Shown here piece by piece: positions 8,855 to 17,438 of a stretch of 30,724 bases of DNA (the first letter of the stretch is position 1; each line of letters begins with the position of its first letter). The notes beneath the pieces were generated by a model. The model saw only the letters and a list, made by a program, of their open reading frames with translations, was not told the DNA's origin and made no database searches. This stretch comes from Promethearchaeota archaeon (GTDB lineage Archaea > Asgardarchaeota > Hermodarchaeia > Hermodarchaeales > Hermodarchaeaceae): NCBI GenBank assembly GCA_048938385.1, contig JBHLMG010000026.1, forward strand, positions 1-30,724, written 5' to 3'. The position numbers and the translations under genes are program-made.

Positions 8855-9337
8855 CTATAAGGGGATCTGGGCTAGCCGCAACTCGATGTAATAATGACTC
8901 ATTAGCCCTGGGAAAATAGTTGGTGAGAGATCAGGTGTGGCACTAATGTAATGGTTATGATATCTATTCCATATCGTGTCATTTTCAACGAATTCTAAGA
9001 CGACTGGATGACCATCGATGGCCATGACTATTTGCTCCTCACTAATCTGGAATCCACTGATGTGGTAATTCCATTTGAGCAACACTTCACCATTCAACAA
9101 GTCTGGTTCTGGGGTGACAACCAATAATCCGAAACCTGATTTCACAGTGAGGGAGACATTCCATTGACAAGTAGCTTCCCACCCCCCATGGGGTTCACCT
9201 GAGTCGTTGAAATTTAAGCTGCCCGTTAAAATGATCTCGGGCTGGTTAATCTGGATGAAAATATTAGCTGCAACAATACTTGTGGCAAAAATTACGACAA
9301 AAGCCAACACAACCAATAGTTTTGTTTTTACTTCCAT
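8855..9337 (-). CDS. Hypothetical exported/membrane-anchored protein
   Basis: 160 aa; basic N-terminus and hydrophobic helix, then a beta-rich-looking domain. Confidence 0.7.
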   Translation of the reverse strand: MEVKTKLLVVLAFVVIFATSIVAANIFIQINQPEIILTGSLNFNDSGEPHGGWEATCQWNVSLTVKSGFGLLVVTPEPDLLNGEVLLKWNYHISGFQISEEQIVMAIDGHPVVLEFVENDTIWNRYHNHYISATPDLSPTIFPGLMSHYYIELRLAQIPL

Positions 9338-9371
9338 TTCACTTACAACCAGTGCAACCTATGAATATTCG

Positions 9372-9412
9372 ATAATAGAATTCTGTTGCATAATATCCTA
9401 CGGATTAGAACA
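9372..9412 (-). promoter_or_regulatory. Shared upstream element, copy A
   Basis: + strand ATAATAGAAT...TATCCTACGGATTAGAACA, 35-75 nt upstream of CDS 8855..9337; matches 11157-11191. Confidence 0.5.
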
Positions 9413-9481
9413 CCTGGCCTTTGAATTTTTAAGGGCATAAAACAGGCTGTAGATGCTGAAATGTATGTAATTGTGGTCCGA

Positions 9482-9546
9482 AGAAAATTAAGTAAGGCTT
9501 AGTTTTGTGAGTGAAAGCATATCTGATGTCCATTAGCCATCAATCA
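9482..9546 (+). repeat. Intergenic cassette-boundary repeat, copy 5
   Basis: AGAAAATTAAGTAAGGCTTAGTTTTGTGAGTGAAAGCATATCTGATGTCCATTAGCCATCAATCA; abuts the stop codon at 9547. Confidence 0.88.
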
Positions 9547-11142
9547 TTATTTTTTTTCAAAGCGCTTCCTTTTCCTTATTGTAATCACGATTACGCTAAG
9601 AAGGCAGATTCCACAGAATGCTGATAGAGGAATGATTAGGTCCCAAGGCACTTCCAATATTATGGGTGCTGTAATTATAGAAATTTCGATGTATGTTAAG
9701 GGTCCAAGTCCCAGATCGTGTGATCTAGTTGTAGTTGGTGTGCGGTTCGACATGAAACTGGTAATGATATATGCTACATCGATCCGATTGCCCATGAAGA
9801 TGTCTGTAATTATGGAGCCCTCTTCATCATGTAGGTTTTGGTATATGTGCCATCCGAATGCATCATGTAAAGCAATGGAGACTCCGATAGTTTGATTTGA
9901 GGATTTTCGTATCTGGACTGTAAAATTTTCAAGAGGGGATTGCAGTTTATGGATGTGAAAGCCATAGTACCGCAGTGAAATTGTTTGATTAAGAAGGGGA
10001 AGCCCATTAACAGGATAGTATCGGGTAATCCGAGCATCTAGATTCTCAAAGCCATAGAGGTTGTTGCAGAATCCTAGCTCATCAATTGTTAGTGCCGTGA
10101 TCCAATTCAAGTAGAGTTCATTAAATGTAATATCATAGCCTGCCGTTTGCAAAACCGCCTCAATCCCGTGTGGTCCATCAGCTGGCTCCGTTATCAGGTT
10201 TCGCAGGATCTCAACACCATATTGTTCAGCGATATAGAAGGCAAACAAATACGAACTGCCATAATCAATGACCGCAGACACTCCCCCGTCATTGTACATA
10301 TTCCAATACAGGAGAGACTCCTCTGGATGTGGAAGAAAGGCACTTACTTGTGGTGCGAGGTTATGATGAGGTTCTAGATAGCCAGCATGGTACATTGCAT
10401 ATTGAGCTAATGCCTCTAGGATGAACTGAGGTTCATCCCATTCATTGTTAAACCAAATGAGATGATGAAATTCATGCGCAACTACATTTACTACTGGAAT
10501 CCTGTAATGGATATAGATCATCTCACACTGGTTTGAATACTCAAGGGGCAGCTCGTTTCTCTCAGAATAGTAATTAGCACAATTAGAAAGCAAGATTATG
10601 ATTCTCGGATCACCATCGATATCGCCTAATGTTCCATTGGGATGTCCTGCTAGGTCAGTGATTCGAGGATAGATTGTGCTATCAAATTCATCGCGTATGG
10701 TCTCTGTCTTCCCAATTGCAGCTAGTTCTCCAAGTTCTGTTATACAATTAGTTTCCATGAAAACAAGGCTGTATTCGCCTTTTGCGAGTAATGTTGCATT
10801 TACTTCATAGAAAAATGAAGCCGTGAAATCATAAATCCAAAAAGACCGTTGATAGCCAACCTCTTGAAAGTCCTTTCTATCAAATTGGTCTTGTTTAACT
10901 TTTGAAAGTTGAAAAGTATGATTTTGGAGTTCGCTATCAGGTTGTTTTAGAATATCACATTTTTCGTAGTGTTGTTTTTGTAAATTCGTTTCATTTTGTC
11001 TCTGGTGATATTGGAAATAAGATTCAAGCTCACTTAGGTTGATGGCACCAATTGGAATTAGGATCCCTCCAACTAAGACAAAAAGAAGACCTATAGAGCC
11101 TAGCAGCTGCATTCTATGCTGCTCTTTTGTAGAAGCCAACAT
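9547..11142 (-). CDS. Membrane-anchored zinc metallopeptidase (HExxH, gluzincin type, M30-like)
   Basis: AHEFHH with downstream LEALA, DIDGDPRI motif, DYGSSYLFAFY helix; N-terminal signal/TM and C-terminal TM followed by RKRKRFEKK. Confidence 0.75.
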   Translation of the reverse strand: MLASTKEQHRMQLLGSIGLLFVLVGGILIPIGAINLSELESYFQYHQRQNETNLQKQHYEKCDILKQPDSELQNHTFQLSKVKQDQFDRKDFQEVGYQRSFWIYDFTASFFYEVNATLLAKGEYSLVFMETNCITELGELAAIGKTETIRDEFDSTIYPRITDLAGHPNGTLGDIDGDPRIIILLSNCANYYSERNELPLEYSNQCEMIYIHYRIPVVNVVAHEFHHLIWFNNEWDEPQFILEALAQYAMYHAGYLEPHHNLAPQVSAFLPHPEESLLYWNMYNDGGVSAVIDYGSSYLFAFYIAEQYGVEILRNLITEPADGPHGIEAVLQTAGYDITFNELYLNWITALTIDELGFCNNLYGFENLDARITRYYPVNGLPLLNQTISLRYYGFHIHKLQSPLENFTVQIRKSSNQTIGVSIALHDAFGWHIYQNLHDEEGSIITDIFMGNRIDVAYIITSFMSNRTPTTTRSHDLGLGPLTYIEISIITAPIILEVPWDLIIPLSAFCGICLLSVIVITIRKRKRFEKK

Positions 11143-11156
11143 GATGTCTTATTATC

Positions 11157-11191
11157 ATAATAGAATCCCTATTATCCTACGGAATTGAACA
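11157..11191 (-). promoter_or_regulatory. Shared upstream element, copy B
   Basis: + strand ATAATAGAAT-CCCTAT-TATCCTACGGAATTGAACA just upstream of CDS 9547..11142. Confidence 0.5.
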
Positions 11192-11262
11192 GTTAATTCT
11201 AGTCATACACTTTGTAAAGAAATGTGTGATGATAAAGAGAAGTGCAATTTGTGACTGAAGAG

Positions 11263-11469
11263 TTATTCAGGTGGTTGCCAATCCTTCAACGATTGCGTTG
11301 CTGGTTTACCGTCAACTCCCCAATGCGTTTTGGGAATTTCATGAACAATTACTTCTACTGCACGAGAAGGAATACCGATTTTTATAAAAACATTCGTTAT
11401 TCCCTCAATTACCTCATTGATCTTTTCTTCCGAGAACCCTTTCCATACATGGACATGAACAACTGGCAT
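11263..11469 (-). CDS. 4-oxalocrotonate tautomerase family protein
   Basis: 68 aa; Pro after Met, beta-alpha-beta pattern, V.V.V.E....HWGVDG signature. Confidence 0.9.
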   Translation of the reverse strand: MPVVHVHVWKGFSEEKINEVIEGITNVFIKIGIPSRAVEVIVHEIPKTHWGVDGKPATQSLKDWQPPE

Positions 11470-11779
11470 AATTCAAATCCTCAATTATTCTGTATCCACT
11501 AACGCTTTTTTGCATTACCATGCAGAGGGTTAGTTACTATCCAGTTGGGTGTGGATAGCAGCCCCAACTAGACAAAGTAAGCTGGGAACCGTTTTAATGA
11601 AAATAATACCCAACACTTTATGACTAGGTTTTTCCGATAGTGATCTTCGATCTGAATTCTATGGGCTCTCTGCAACATCACTAACCCTCATATATTGTTG
11701 AGAACGAAAGCATAATATCAAAAAATTCAGGATTAACTAAGAAAAAACACAATATTAGATAAAGGGAGGCTTATGCAAA

Positions 11780-12364
11780 ATGAAAAGGCAACATGGGTTG
11801 ATTGTTTATGGCACCACCTTTGGGGCGACGAAAGGAACCGCTGAAGAGATTGCCAAAATACTACGCGAGGAAGATTTCGACATAAAGATTGTCAATGCGC
11901 AAGAGGAAAAAGTCAAAGACATTTCAGAGTTTGAGTTAGTCATCGTTGGGAGTAGCTTGGCAAATTGTAGATGGAATAGCAAGGCAGAGGATTTTCTAAA
12001 GAAATTCCATAAGGCATTGGAACCTAAAGAGTTAGCTCTATTTGTGTCGTCTGTGAACCCTATTGCTGTAAGAGAAGGGAACATAGAGGAAATTACTAAG
12101 ACACGTAAAATTGCCTTGGAGGACAAAGTATCAAAGTATGATCTCAAGCCCATCATGATGGCTGTTTTTGGTGGCGTCTTGAACTACAACAAGATGGGAT
12201 TTCTGGCGCGTAAAGGTATGGAAGTAGCCTTTATGGAGCGACTTCGAAACACTGGATTTAAAGAAGTTGAACCTGGCGTTTACGATTTACGTGATTGGGA
12301 TGAGATTCGAAGCTGGGCCAGAGAACTTGCTAAGGTGTGCGTGAGAAAACTAAGAAAGATCTGA
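11780..12364 (+). CDS. Flavodoxin-domain protein (HemG/Flavodoxin_5-like)
   Basis: IVYGTTFGATKGTAEEIA FMN-binding loop, VIVGSS, C-terminal DLRDWDEIRSWA; GGAGG RBS. Confidence 0.88.
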   Translation: MKRQHGLIVYGTTFGATKGTAEEIAKILREEDFDIKIVNAQEEKVKDISEFELVIVGSSLANCRWNSKAEDFLKKFHKALEPKELALFVSSVNPIAVREGNIEEITKTRKIALEDKVSKYDLKPIMMAVFGGVLNYNKMGFLARKGMEVAFMERLRNTGFKEVEPGVYDLRDWDEIRSWARELAKVCVRKLRKI

Positions 12365-12393
12365 GGAATTCCGAGTCTATGCGGAAAATCTAT

Positions 12394-12418
12394 CAAGACT
12401 TTATCTTATGGTAATCGC
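12394..12418 (+). repeat. Possible very degenerate repeat copy
   Basis: CAAGACTTTATCTTATGGTAATCGC; about 17/26 to copy 6 with one gap; lies in the expected intergenic position. Confidence 0.3.
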
Positions 12419-12433
12419 TGTTTAGTTAATGAA

Positions 12434-12922
12434 ATGCATTTAATATTCGTATTTTTCAGTGGAAAGGGCATGTGTGCCCTAACTTCGAAAGAGGTTGCTC
12501 TAAAGTTTCTTCAGAGTCATGCCTTCCTAACAATGGCTACCTGTTCAAAAACGGGAATACCAAATGCAACTCCCCATGAATATGGCTTTCATGAACCAAA
12601 TGTATTCTTAGAAATTTCAAAAGTACATGTATCAGTAGCAAATATACTAGAAAATCCTGTGGTTCATTTTGAAATCCATGATCTCTTCACCCCTGAGACT
12701 GCGCAAAACGCCAAGGTCTTACAGATCTTCGCTGAAGCTAAGATTCTCTACCCTAATTCACCTCAATTCGATAGCTATTGGGAAAAACTTACACAACAAT
12801 TCCCTTACATGAAGATGTTTCCCAAGGAAACTCGTGTTATCCTCGTTTTTCATCTCAAAGAAGGAACGCTAATAGAGTTCTCAAAAACCCAACTTCAAAG
12901 AACAATTATTGATTTCAAATAA
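12434..12922 (+). CDS. Pyridoxamine 5'-phosphate oxidase-like (FMN-binding split barrel) protein
   Basis: LTMATCSKTGIPNATP and NILENPVVHF motifs; start may be ATG at 12470. Confidence 0.78.
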   Translation: MHLIFVFFSGKGMCALTSKEVALKFLQSHAFLTMATCSKTGIPNATPHEYGFHEPNVFLEISKVHVSVANILENPVVHFEIHDLFTPETAQNAKVLQIFAEAKILYPNSPQFDSYWEKLTQQFPYMKMFPKETRVILVFHLKEGTLIEFSKTQLQRTIIDFK

Positions 12923-12942
12923 TCAATATAGTTGAAAAGCCA

Positions 12943-12984
12943 AGAAATAATTTCAATAAGACTTGGATTTGTGAGTAAAAGCGT
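12943..12984 (+). repeat. Intergenic cassette-boundary repeat, copy 6
   Basis: AGAAATAATTTCAATAAGACTTGGATTTGTGAGTAAAAGCGT; 31/34 identical to copy 2; lies between two + strand genes. Confidence 0.9.
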
Positions 12985-13083
12985 TATAGTATGGCAGAAC
13001 GGCATTATCAAAAATCGGATACCCGTTATGCAATTTATTATGATAGTAGAACATTATGTATTCAACTTACGGAGGTTTGATTA

Positions 13084-13923
13084 ATGGACCTAAAAAACGC
13101 TGTCAACAAAAATTTCGTCCTTCGAGTGCTTGTGTTTGCATTTCTCTTCGTTCTGACTGATCTAACTCTAACCATGGCCGGGCTGTTTCTTCTACAGCAG
13201 GTGGTTATTGATTTTGTCATTGGAATAGCTATAGGCTTCGTTTTTGGGCTAATTTTCATGAATATGCATTATCGTCGTTTTCTGCGCATAGTAATTGCTT
13301 GGTTTCTAATTTTTATTATTCAATGGTTTACCACCATGATTGAAGGCTACTTATTTACCACGATATTGACTGAACCGTTACTTATTGCAGCAGCAACATT
13401 TGGGCTTATTATCAGCTTTTTGCATGCGCTCTTCATTGGAATCCTATTTCCACCAATTACTTCAGATAAATCGCTAAGAAGTGAAATAAAGAGCTACTTC
13501 GCTGGACACCAGTGGCATCAATGGCTTTGGCGGTTTACGCTAGCCGCAGTTCTCTACTTAGTGATATATTATGGCATTGGCTCCTTGATTAGTCCCATCG
13601 TTCTCCCTTTTTACCTGGATATGGGAACAGGGCTGAAGATTCCCCCAGTGTGGATGATCCTTGTTGTAGAAATCTTACGCGGACTTCTCTACATACTAGC
13701 CTTGTTACCTATTCTTATCTCGCTCAATGTAGAAACCCGAGAACTTTACCTCTTAATTGCATTTGCACTCTATTTGCCCAGTATAGCGATGCTTTTACCA
13801 AATCCGGCATTTCCCATTTTACTTCGAATTATCCACGGACTCTTTGAAATCATGGTTGATTCCCTCTTATTCGCTGGAGTCATTATCCTCCTATTGAAAC
13901 CAAAATCGACAGAACCTAATTGA
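13084..13923 (+). CDS. Hypothetical multi-pass membrane protein
   Basis: 279 aa with about 8 hydrophobic segments; GGAGG RBS. Confidence 0.8.
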   Translation: MDLKNAVNKNFVLRVLVFAFLFVLTDLTLTMAGLFLLQQVVIDFVIGIAIGFVFGLIFMNMHYRRFLRIVIAWFLIFIIQWFTTMIEGYLFTTILTEPLLIAAATFGLIISFLHALFIGILFPPITSDKSLRSEIKSYFAGHQWHQWLWRFTLAAVLYLVIYYGIGSLISPIVLPFYLDMGTGLKIPPVWMILVVEILRGLLYILALLPILISLNVETRELYLLIAFALYLPSIAMLLPNPAFPILLRIIHGLFEIMVDSLLFAGVIILLLKPKSTEPN

Positions 13924-13928
13924 AGTAT

Positions 13929-13955
13929 AGTAGAGCTTGGTTTTGTATGTATAAG
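13929..13955 (+). repeat. Intergenic cassette-boundary repeat, copy 7
   Basis: AGTAGAGCTTGGTTTTGTATGTATAAG; ungapped 21/27 to copy 3; lies between convergent stop codons. Confidence 0.7.
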
Positions 13956-13978
13956 AGACTTAGTTCTTCAAAGGAAGC

Positions 13979-14881
13979 TTAATCATTGCCTCTCTTAGCC
14001 AAGAATCTAATGTAAATCCGTATGTCACGAAACCTGAGGCGGAGTGCAGGTACTCGTTTTTGATATTCAATGAACGACTCACCAAACCTCTCTCGGAGCT
14101 CCTTCTCTTCAACAAAAGTAATGTGAATTAGAAGACCGAATAAGAACATTAGAAAGAACATCAGCGAGTACACGGAGAAGCGAAGCCACAGGCCACCCAT
14201 GGCTAGGGTTAACACGCCGAAATATGTTGGATGACGGAGCACTGAGTATATCTCGTGCTGTTGGATCTGTGACTCAGCAGGGAAGTAAAGATAAACCAGA
14301 GCCATGTAGTCGACACCGAAGGTGAGAAACGCGCTTCGGATCGTCAATAATCCAAGGATGATGAAGAAGAAACTCGCGATGATTCGAGCTGTAAAATCAA
14401 CATTAACAGGTAAATCAAGAAAGGATAGGAAAGACCTGGATAGCAGGGTCGTAATGGGGTTTACTGGCGTTCCAGCTAGGAGCGTGTCAATAGGGGTGTA
14501 AATGTGAATGCATATTGCTAGGACCCAAGAGACTCCGAAAAAACCTCGGGGGATTGCCCTCTGATATGCAAGTTCTCCAAGCGCTGCCACATAACGGTCC
14601 CTGCTGTGCCAAACGCCCCACACCAACTTGAAAGCGATTACCTCGCTCAATAACACTCCAAGAACTGGTAGTATTGGTTCAACCAGGACTAAAACAGCTA
14701 TGTGCGGAAAGATTCTGGCTACAGAATCAACGAGCAACATGAGGGCTAAAGCGGTGACGAACGCCAAAAGGATCAATAACCCTAATCCTACCGCTCTCCA
14801 ACCTCGGTACTTAGGGATCTTCTTCTTCAGTGTGTCCAGACCTTTCAAATGCATCAAAGTGACCAACCAAATGAAATGCAA
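13979..14881 (-). CDS. Isoprenylcysteine carboxyl methyltransferase (ICMT/Ste14/PEMT) family membrane protein
   Basis: YSVLRHPTYFG and EEKELRERFGESFIEYQKRVP motifs; likely start ATG at 14854. Confidence 0.85.
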   Translation of the reverse strand: MHFIWLVTLMHLKGLDTLKKKIPKYRGWRAVGLGLLILLAFVTALALMLLVDSVARIFPHIAVLVLVEPILPVLGVLLSEVIAFKLVWGVWHSRDRYVAALGELAYQRAIPRGFFGVSWVLAICIHIYTPIDTLLAGTPVNPITTLLSRSFLSFLDLPVNVDFTARIIASFFFIILGLLTIRSAFLTFGVDYMALVYLYFPAESQIQQHEIYSVLRHPTYFGVLTLAMGGLWLRFSVYSLMFFLMFLFGLLIHITFVEEKELRERFGESFIEYQKRVPALRLRFRDIRIYIRFLAKRGND

Positions 14882-14986
14882 TTACCACTCTTAAAATTTG
14901 AGACAAAGTGACCTTTGAGCCCTAGTTACCTACAAAAGGAACGATGGGTCACAACTGCGAAGGGAGGAACCCCTCAACCATACTAT

Positions 14987-15006
14987 CAAGGCGTATTTAC
15001 TGAGTA
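14987..15006 (+). repeat. Possible degenerate terminal repeat copy
   Basis: CAAGGCGTATTTACTGAGTA keeps AAGGC and TGAGTA with spacing one nt short; preceded by CTATCAAG like the 12394 candidate. Confidence 0.35.
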
Positions 15007-15009
15007 GCA

Positions 15010-15267
15010 TTATGGCCAAAGTAGGTCGAGGAATCGGATGATGCTATCCAAAATTCCTGCCGGAATTATGCCGAGTGTGGCCAATAAGCTGATGATAATT
15101 AATGGTAGCATAATGATGTTTAAGGCAATGAGATAACGCCAAAAACTGTGACGCGATACTTTCCCAACCCTCAACAGGATCACTAAGCCAACAAACATCG
15201 CAATCCAGAGCCCAGTGAAGAGGTAGAGCGCAACGATGGGCTGTCCGAGGTTCATGATTTGTGGCAA
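15010..15267 (-). CDS. Small membrane protein (2-3 TM)
   Basis: 85-aa hydrophobic ORF; AGGAGG 11 nt upstream of the TTG. Confidence 0.65.
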   Translation of the reverse strand: MPQIMNLGQPIVALYLFTGLWIAMFVGLVILLRVGKVSRHSFWRYLIALNIIMLPLIIISLLATLGIIPAGILDSIIRFLDLLWP

Positions 15268-15422
15268 GAACCCATTCGCCTCCTATATTACCATTAGCGA
15301 TTATTGTTTTTTAGCCTTTTTCGTCTAAGAAATATTGATCATAAAATAGGTTGAGGACCAATCATCCAATTAGTTCGTTCTTAAAAGACCGCCTTAGAGA
15401 ATTCGTCAAGTCGGAGGTGATA

Positions 15423-15497
15423 ATGAAAAACCCTCAAAACTATGTATTCTATCAGCCATCTTGTCTTATTTCTAACAGAATGGAATCCTTTACATAA
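15423..15497 (+). CDS. Candidate 24-aa small ORF or gene remnant (MKNPQNYVFYQPSCLISNRMESFT)
   Basis: GGAGGTGA at 15413-15420 directly upstream of the ATG; RBS spacing is short. Confidence 0.25.
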   Translation: MKNPQNYVFYQPSCLISNRMESFT

Positions 15498-15621
15498 AAT
15501 AGGTCATTTCAGAACGCGGGTTGAGAATTTCTATCAAAATAATTTCCTATTTCTACTCGGAAAAGAGACATCCTTAAATTAGCATTTGTAAATAACCCTC
15601 TAAAAAATGGAAGTCGGTTAA

Positions 15622-15753
15622 GTGACAGCCAAAAAGGATAGAAAGGATGAAAAAGCAGAATCGGACGAAAAGCGAGTAGTTGAAGAAGAAGACCAGAAAA
15701 CACGAAAGCACAAATGGAAATGGACCCAAAAGAGCCGAATGGGGACAAATTAG
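15622..15753 (+). CDS. Candidate 43-aa charged small protein (MTAKKDRKDEKAESDEKRVVEEEDQKTRKHKWKWTQKSRMGTN)
   Basis: GTG start, purine-rich coding-like composition, T-tract after the stop; below the ORF-track cutoff. Confidence 0.4.
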   Translation: MTAKKDRKDEKAESDEKRVVEEEDQKTRKHKWKWTQKSRMGTN

Positions 15754-15923
15754 AAGTCTGATTTTTATATAAAAGCTTAAACCAACCAGTTGGGAAGAAG
15801 GGTATTTGCATAGAAAGAGGGGTGAGTTGCACCTCACTCCTTTCACATTTCGTGGAAGTTGCAGGTGGTATAGTAAAGTCTTTTACTGAGAACACAACAA
15901 TCTCCTACTAAGGAGACGTTTTC

Positions 15924-17318
15924 ATGCAGTCAGAAGAAATAACTCCACAACGGGGTCCGAAGGGACCAATCTTCTTACTTGCCATCGGAATCATCCTTCT
16001 GTACGGATTTGGCTTCTACAACCTCTTTTTTCTAGTGTCCCCCTATCTACCTATCATTATTAGTATCATCAACATCGCCTTACCTTGGCTAGCAGGATTC
16101 CTCTGGGCAGAGGTTCTCTTCATAATTGTCATAATTGCTCTCGCTTTGATTCTAGCTTACGGTATTTTGCACCTGATGAAACGGGCCGCTGCAGGAACCC
16201 TTCGAGTGCTCTGGATTCTCCAAGCCATCATCATGCTCGCTATTGGTCCTATCTTGATCTTCTTTTTTGGATTCTTTGGTCTATTTGGACTCTTCTTCTC
16301 CTTCATCGGAATAATTCAACTGGCAGTGTGGTTTTACCGCCGGAAGAAAATCGAACGCGCCGGAAAACTGGCGGAATTCACCGCACAGCTGTTGTTAGAA
16401 GAAAAGGAAATGTTCATCACTCCTTTAGTTACAGCAGTTTTCAGCTTACTAACGGGTATTCTCATGATGGCAACATGGGGGGCGATGTACACTTGGTTAC
16501 CCCTTATTGGTATACCCACTGATTCATGGATATTTTTCATCCTCACTATACTCGTTGAGATACCCTACTTGTTTGTCTATTTCTCAGTGTTTTACATCTT
16601 TGAAGGCATCAATGTCTCAATCGCTCATACCTGGTACCGGAATGAGGATCCAGTGCTGCGTGGAGGGATTCGTGAGGTTAACTCAGTGATGGGAACCATA
16701 ATTCGCTTCGCAGCAGTTCGTACAGCTGTTGGAGTTGCACAAAGCGCGGTTCAACGAGGATCCGCCAAACAAGGTGGGATTTTCGCACTAATAGGTTCCA
16801 TCCTTGCTAGACTGATTGGCGCAGTATTTCGGTTCCTCACCTACTTTACGCTTCCTGCCATCATAATCGATAAAATGCATTTACGCGATTCAATCAAACG
16901 ATCAGTACGCCTAACTTGGCGATACCTCGTGGATGTATATATTGCTGAAACGGGGGTAAAAACTGTCTTTAGCTTCTTTGGAGGACTCTTCTCGCTAGGC
17001 TTTCTCGCTGTGGGCTTCCTGTTTGGGTATGTGTTCGGCATTATCCTCTTTGCCGATCTATTCTTCGCCATCATAGCTGGCATCGTCTTTGCCATCCTCT
17101 TCATTGTGTTCGCAGCCATTCCCAGCTACTTCATCTTTCGTCCACTTAACACGGCCTATAACACTTTCATGTATGCCTATGCAATGGATGAAGAGAGTCA
17201 ATTCAGTCTACCCAGCCGGTTGCCAAAGGCCTATGCGGATACCATCGAAGCAGCTCAAGCTGAATGGGAAGCTTCAGGAAAGAAGCGACATATGCAAGAA
17301 CCACCTAGCGAATGGTAG
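15924..17318 (+). CDS. Multi-pass membrane protein, choline transporter-like (CTL/SLC44/PNS1; DUF6159-like) family
   Basis: About 10 TM segments; SIAHTWY, MGTI and TYFTLPAIIIDKMHLRDSIKRS recall the CTL C-terminal core; AAGGAG RBS. Confidence 0.6.
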   Translation: MQSEEITPQRGPKGPIFLLAIGIILLYGFGFYNLFFLVSPYLPIIISIINIALPWLAGFLWAEVLFIIVIIALALILAYGILHLMKRAAAGTLRVLWILQAIIMLAIGPILIFFFGFFGLFGLFFSFIGIIQLAVWFYRRKKIERAGKLAEFTAQLLLEEKEMFITPLVTAVFSLLTGILMMATWGAMYTWLPLIGIPTDSWIFFILTILVEIPYLFVYFSVFYIFEGINVSIAHTWYRNEDPVLRGGIREVNSVMGTIIRFAAVRTAVGVAQSAVQRGSAKQGGIFALIGSILARLIGAVFRFLTYFTLPAIIIDKMHLRDSIKRSVRLTWRYLVDVYIAETGVKTVFSFFGGLFSLGFLAVGFLFGYVFGIILFADLFFAIIAGIVFAILFIVFAAIPSYFIFRPLNTAYNTFMYAYAMDEESQFSLPSRLPKAYADTIEAAQAEWEASGKKRHMQEPPSEW

Positions 17319-17438
17319 AGCAAGAGATTTTCCCTGGAACACTTGATGCTCTTCTCAATGTAGGTTATATGCCAACATAGGCAACAAAGAAAAAGGACAT
17401 TCCACATCAGAATTGGGTGCATATTCGAGCGTGATATC

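Noticed and set aside
11240-11262. AGTGCAATTTGTGACTGAAGAG as a repeat copy
   Set aside because: Only ATTTGTGA.T.AA matches; the position is suggestive but too weak to list as a feature.
13979-14881. ICMT-like gene as evidence of eukaryote-type prenylation
   Set aside because: The family is widespread in prokaryotes and no prenyltransferase or CaaX context is present.
636-15006. CRISPR array or classical integron interpretation of the repeats
   Set aside because: Spacing is kilobases and irregular, there are no cas or intI genes in the window, and the repeat lacks attC R-box and hairpin structure.
15252-15275. 7-aa mini-ORF (MGSCHKS) overlapping the next ATG as a leader peptide or frameshift
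   Set aside because: The RBS is only 3 nt from this ATG but 11 nt from the in-frame TTG at 15267, which is the simpler start.
15509-15895. Phe-rich minus-strand ORFs (128 aa and 90 aa)
   Set aside because: Best explained as the complement of the purine-rich + strand stretch.
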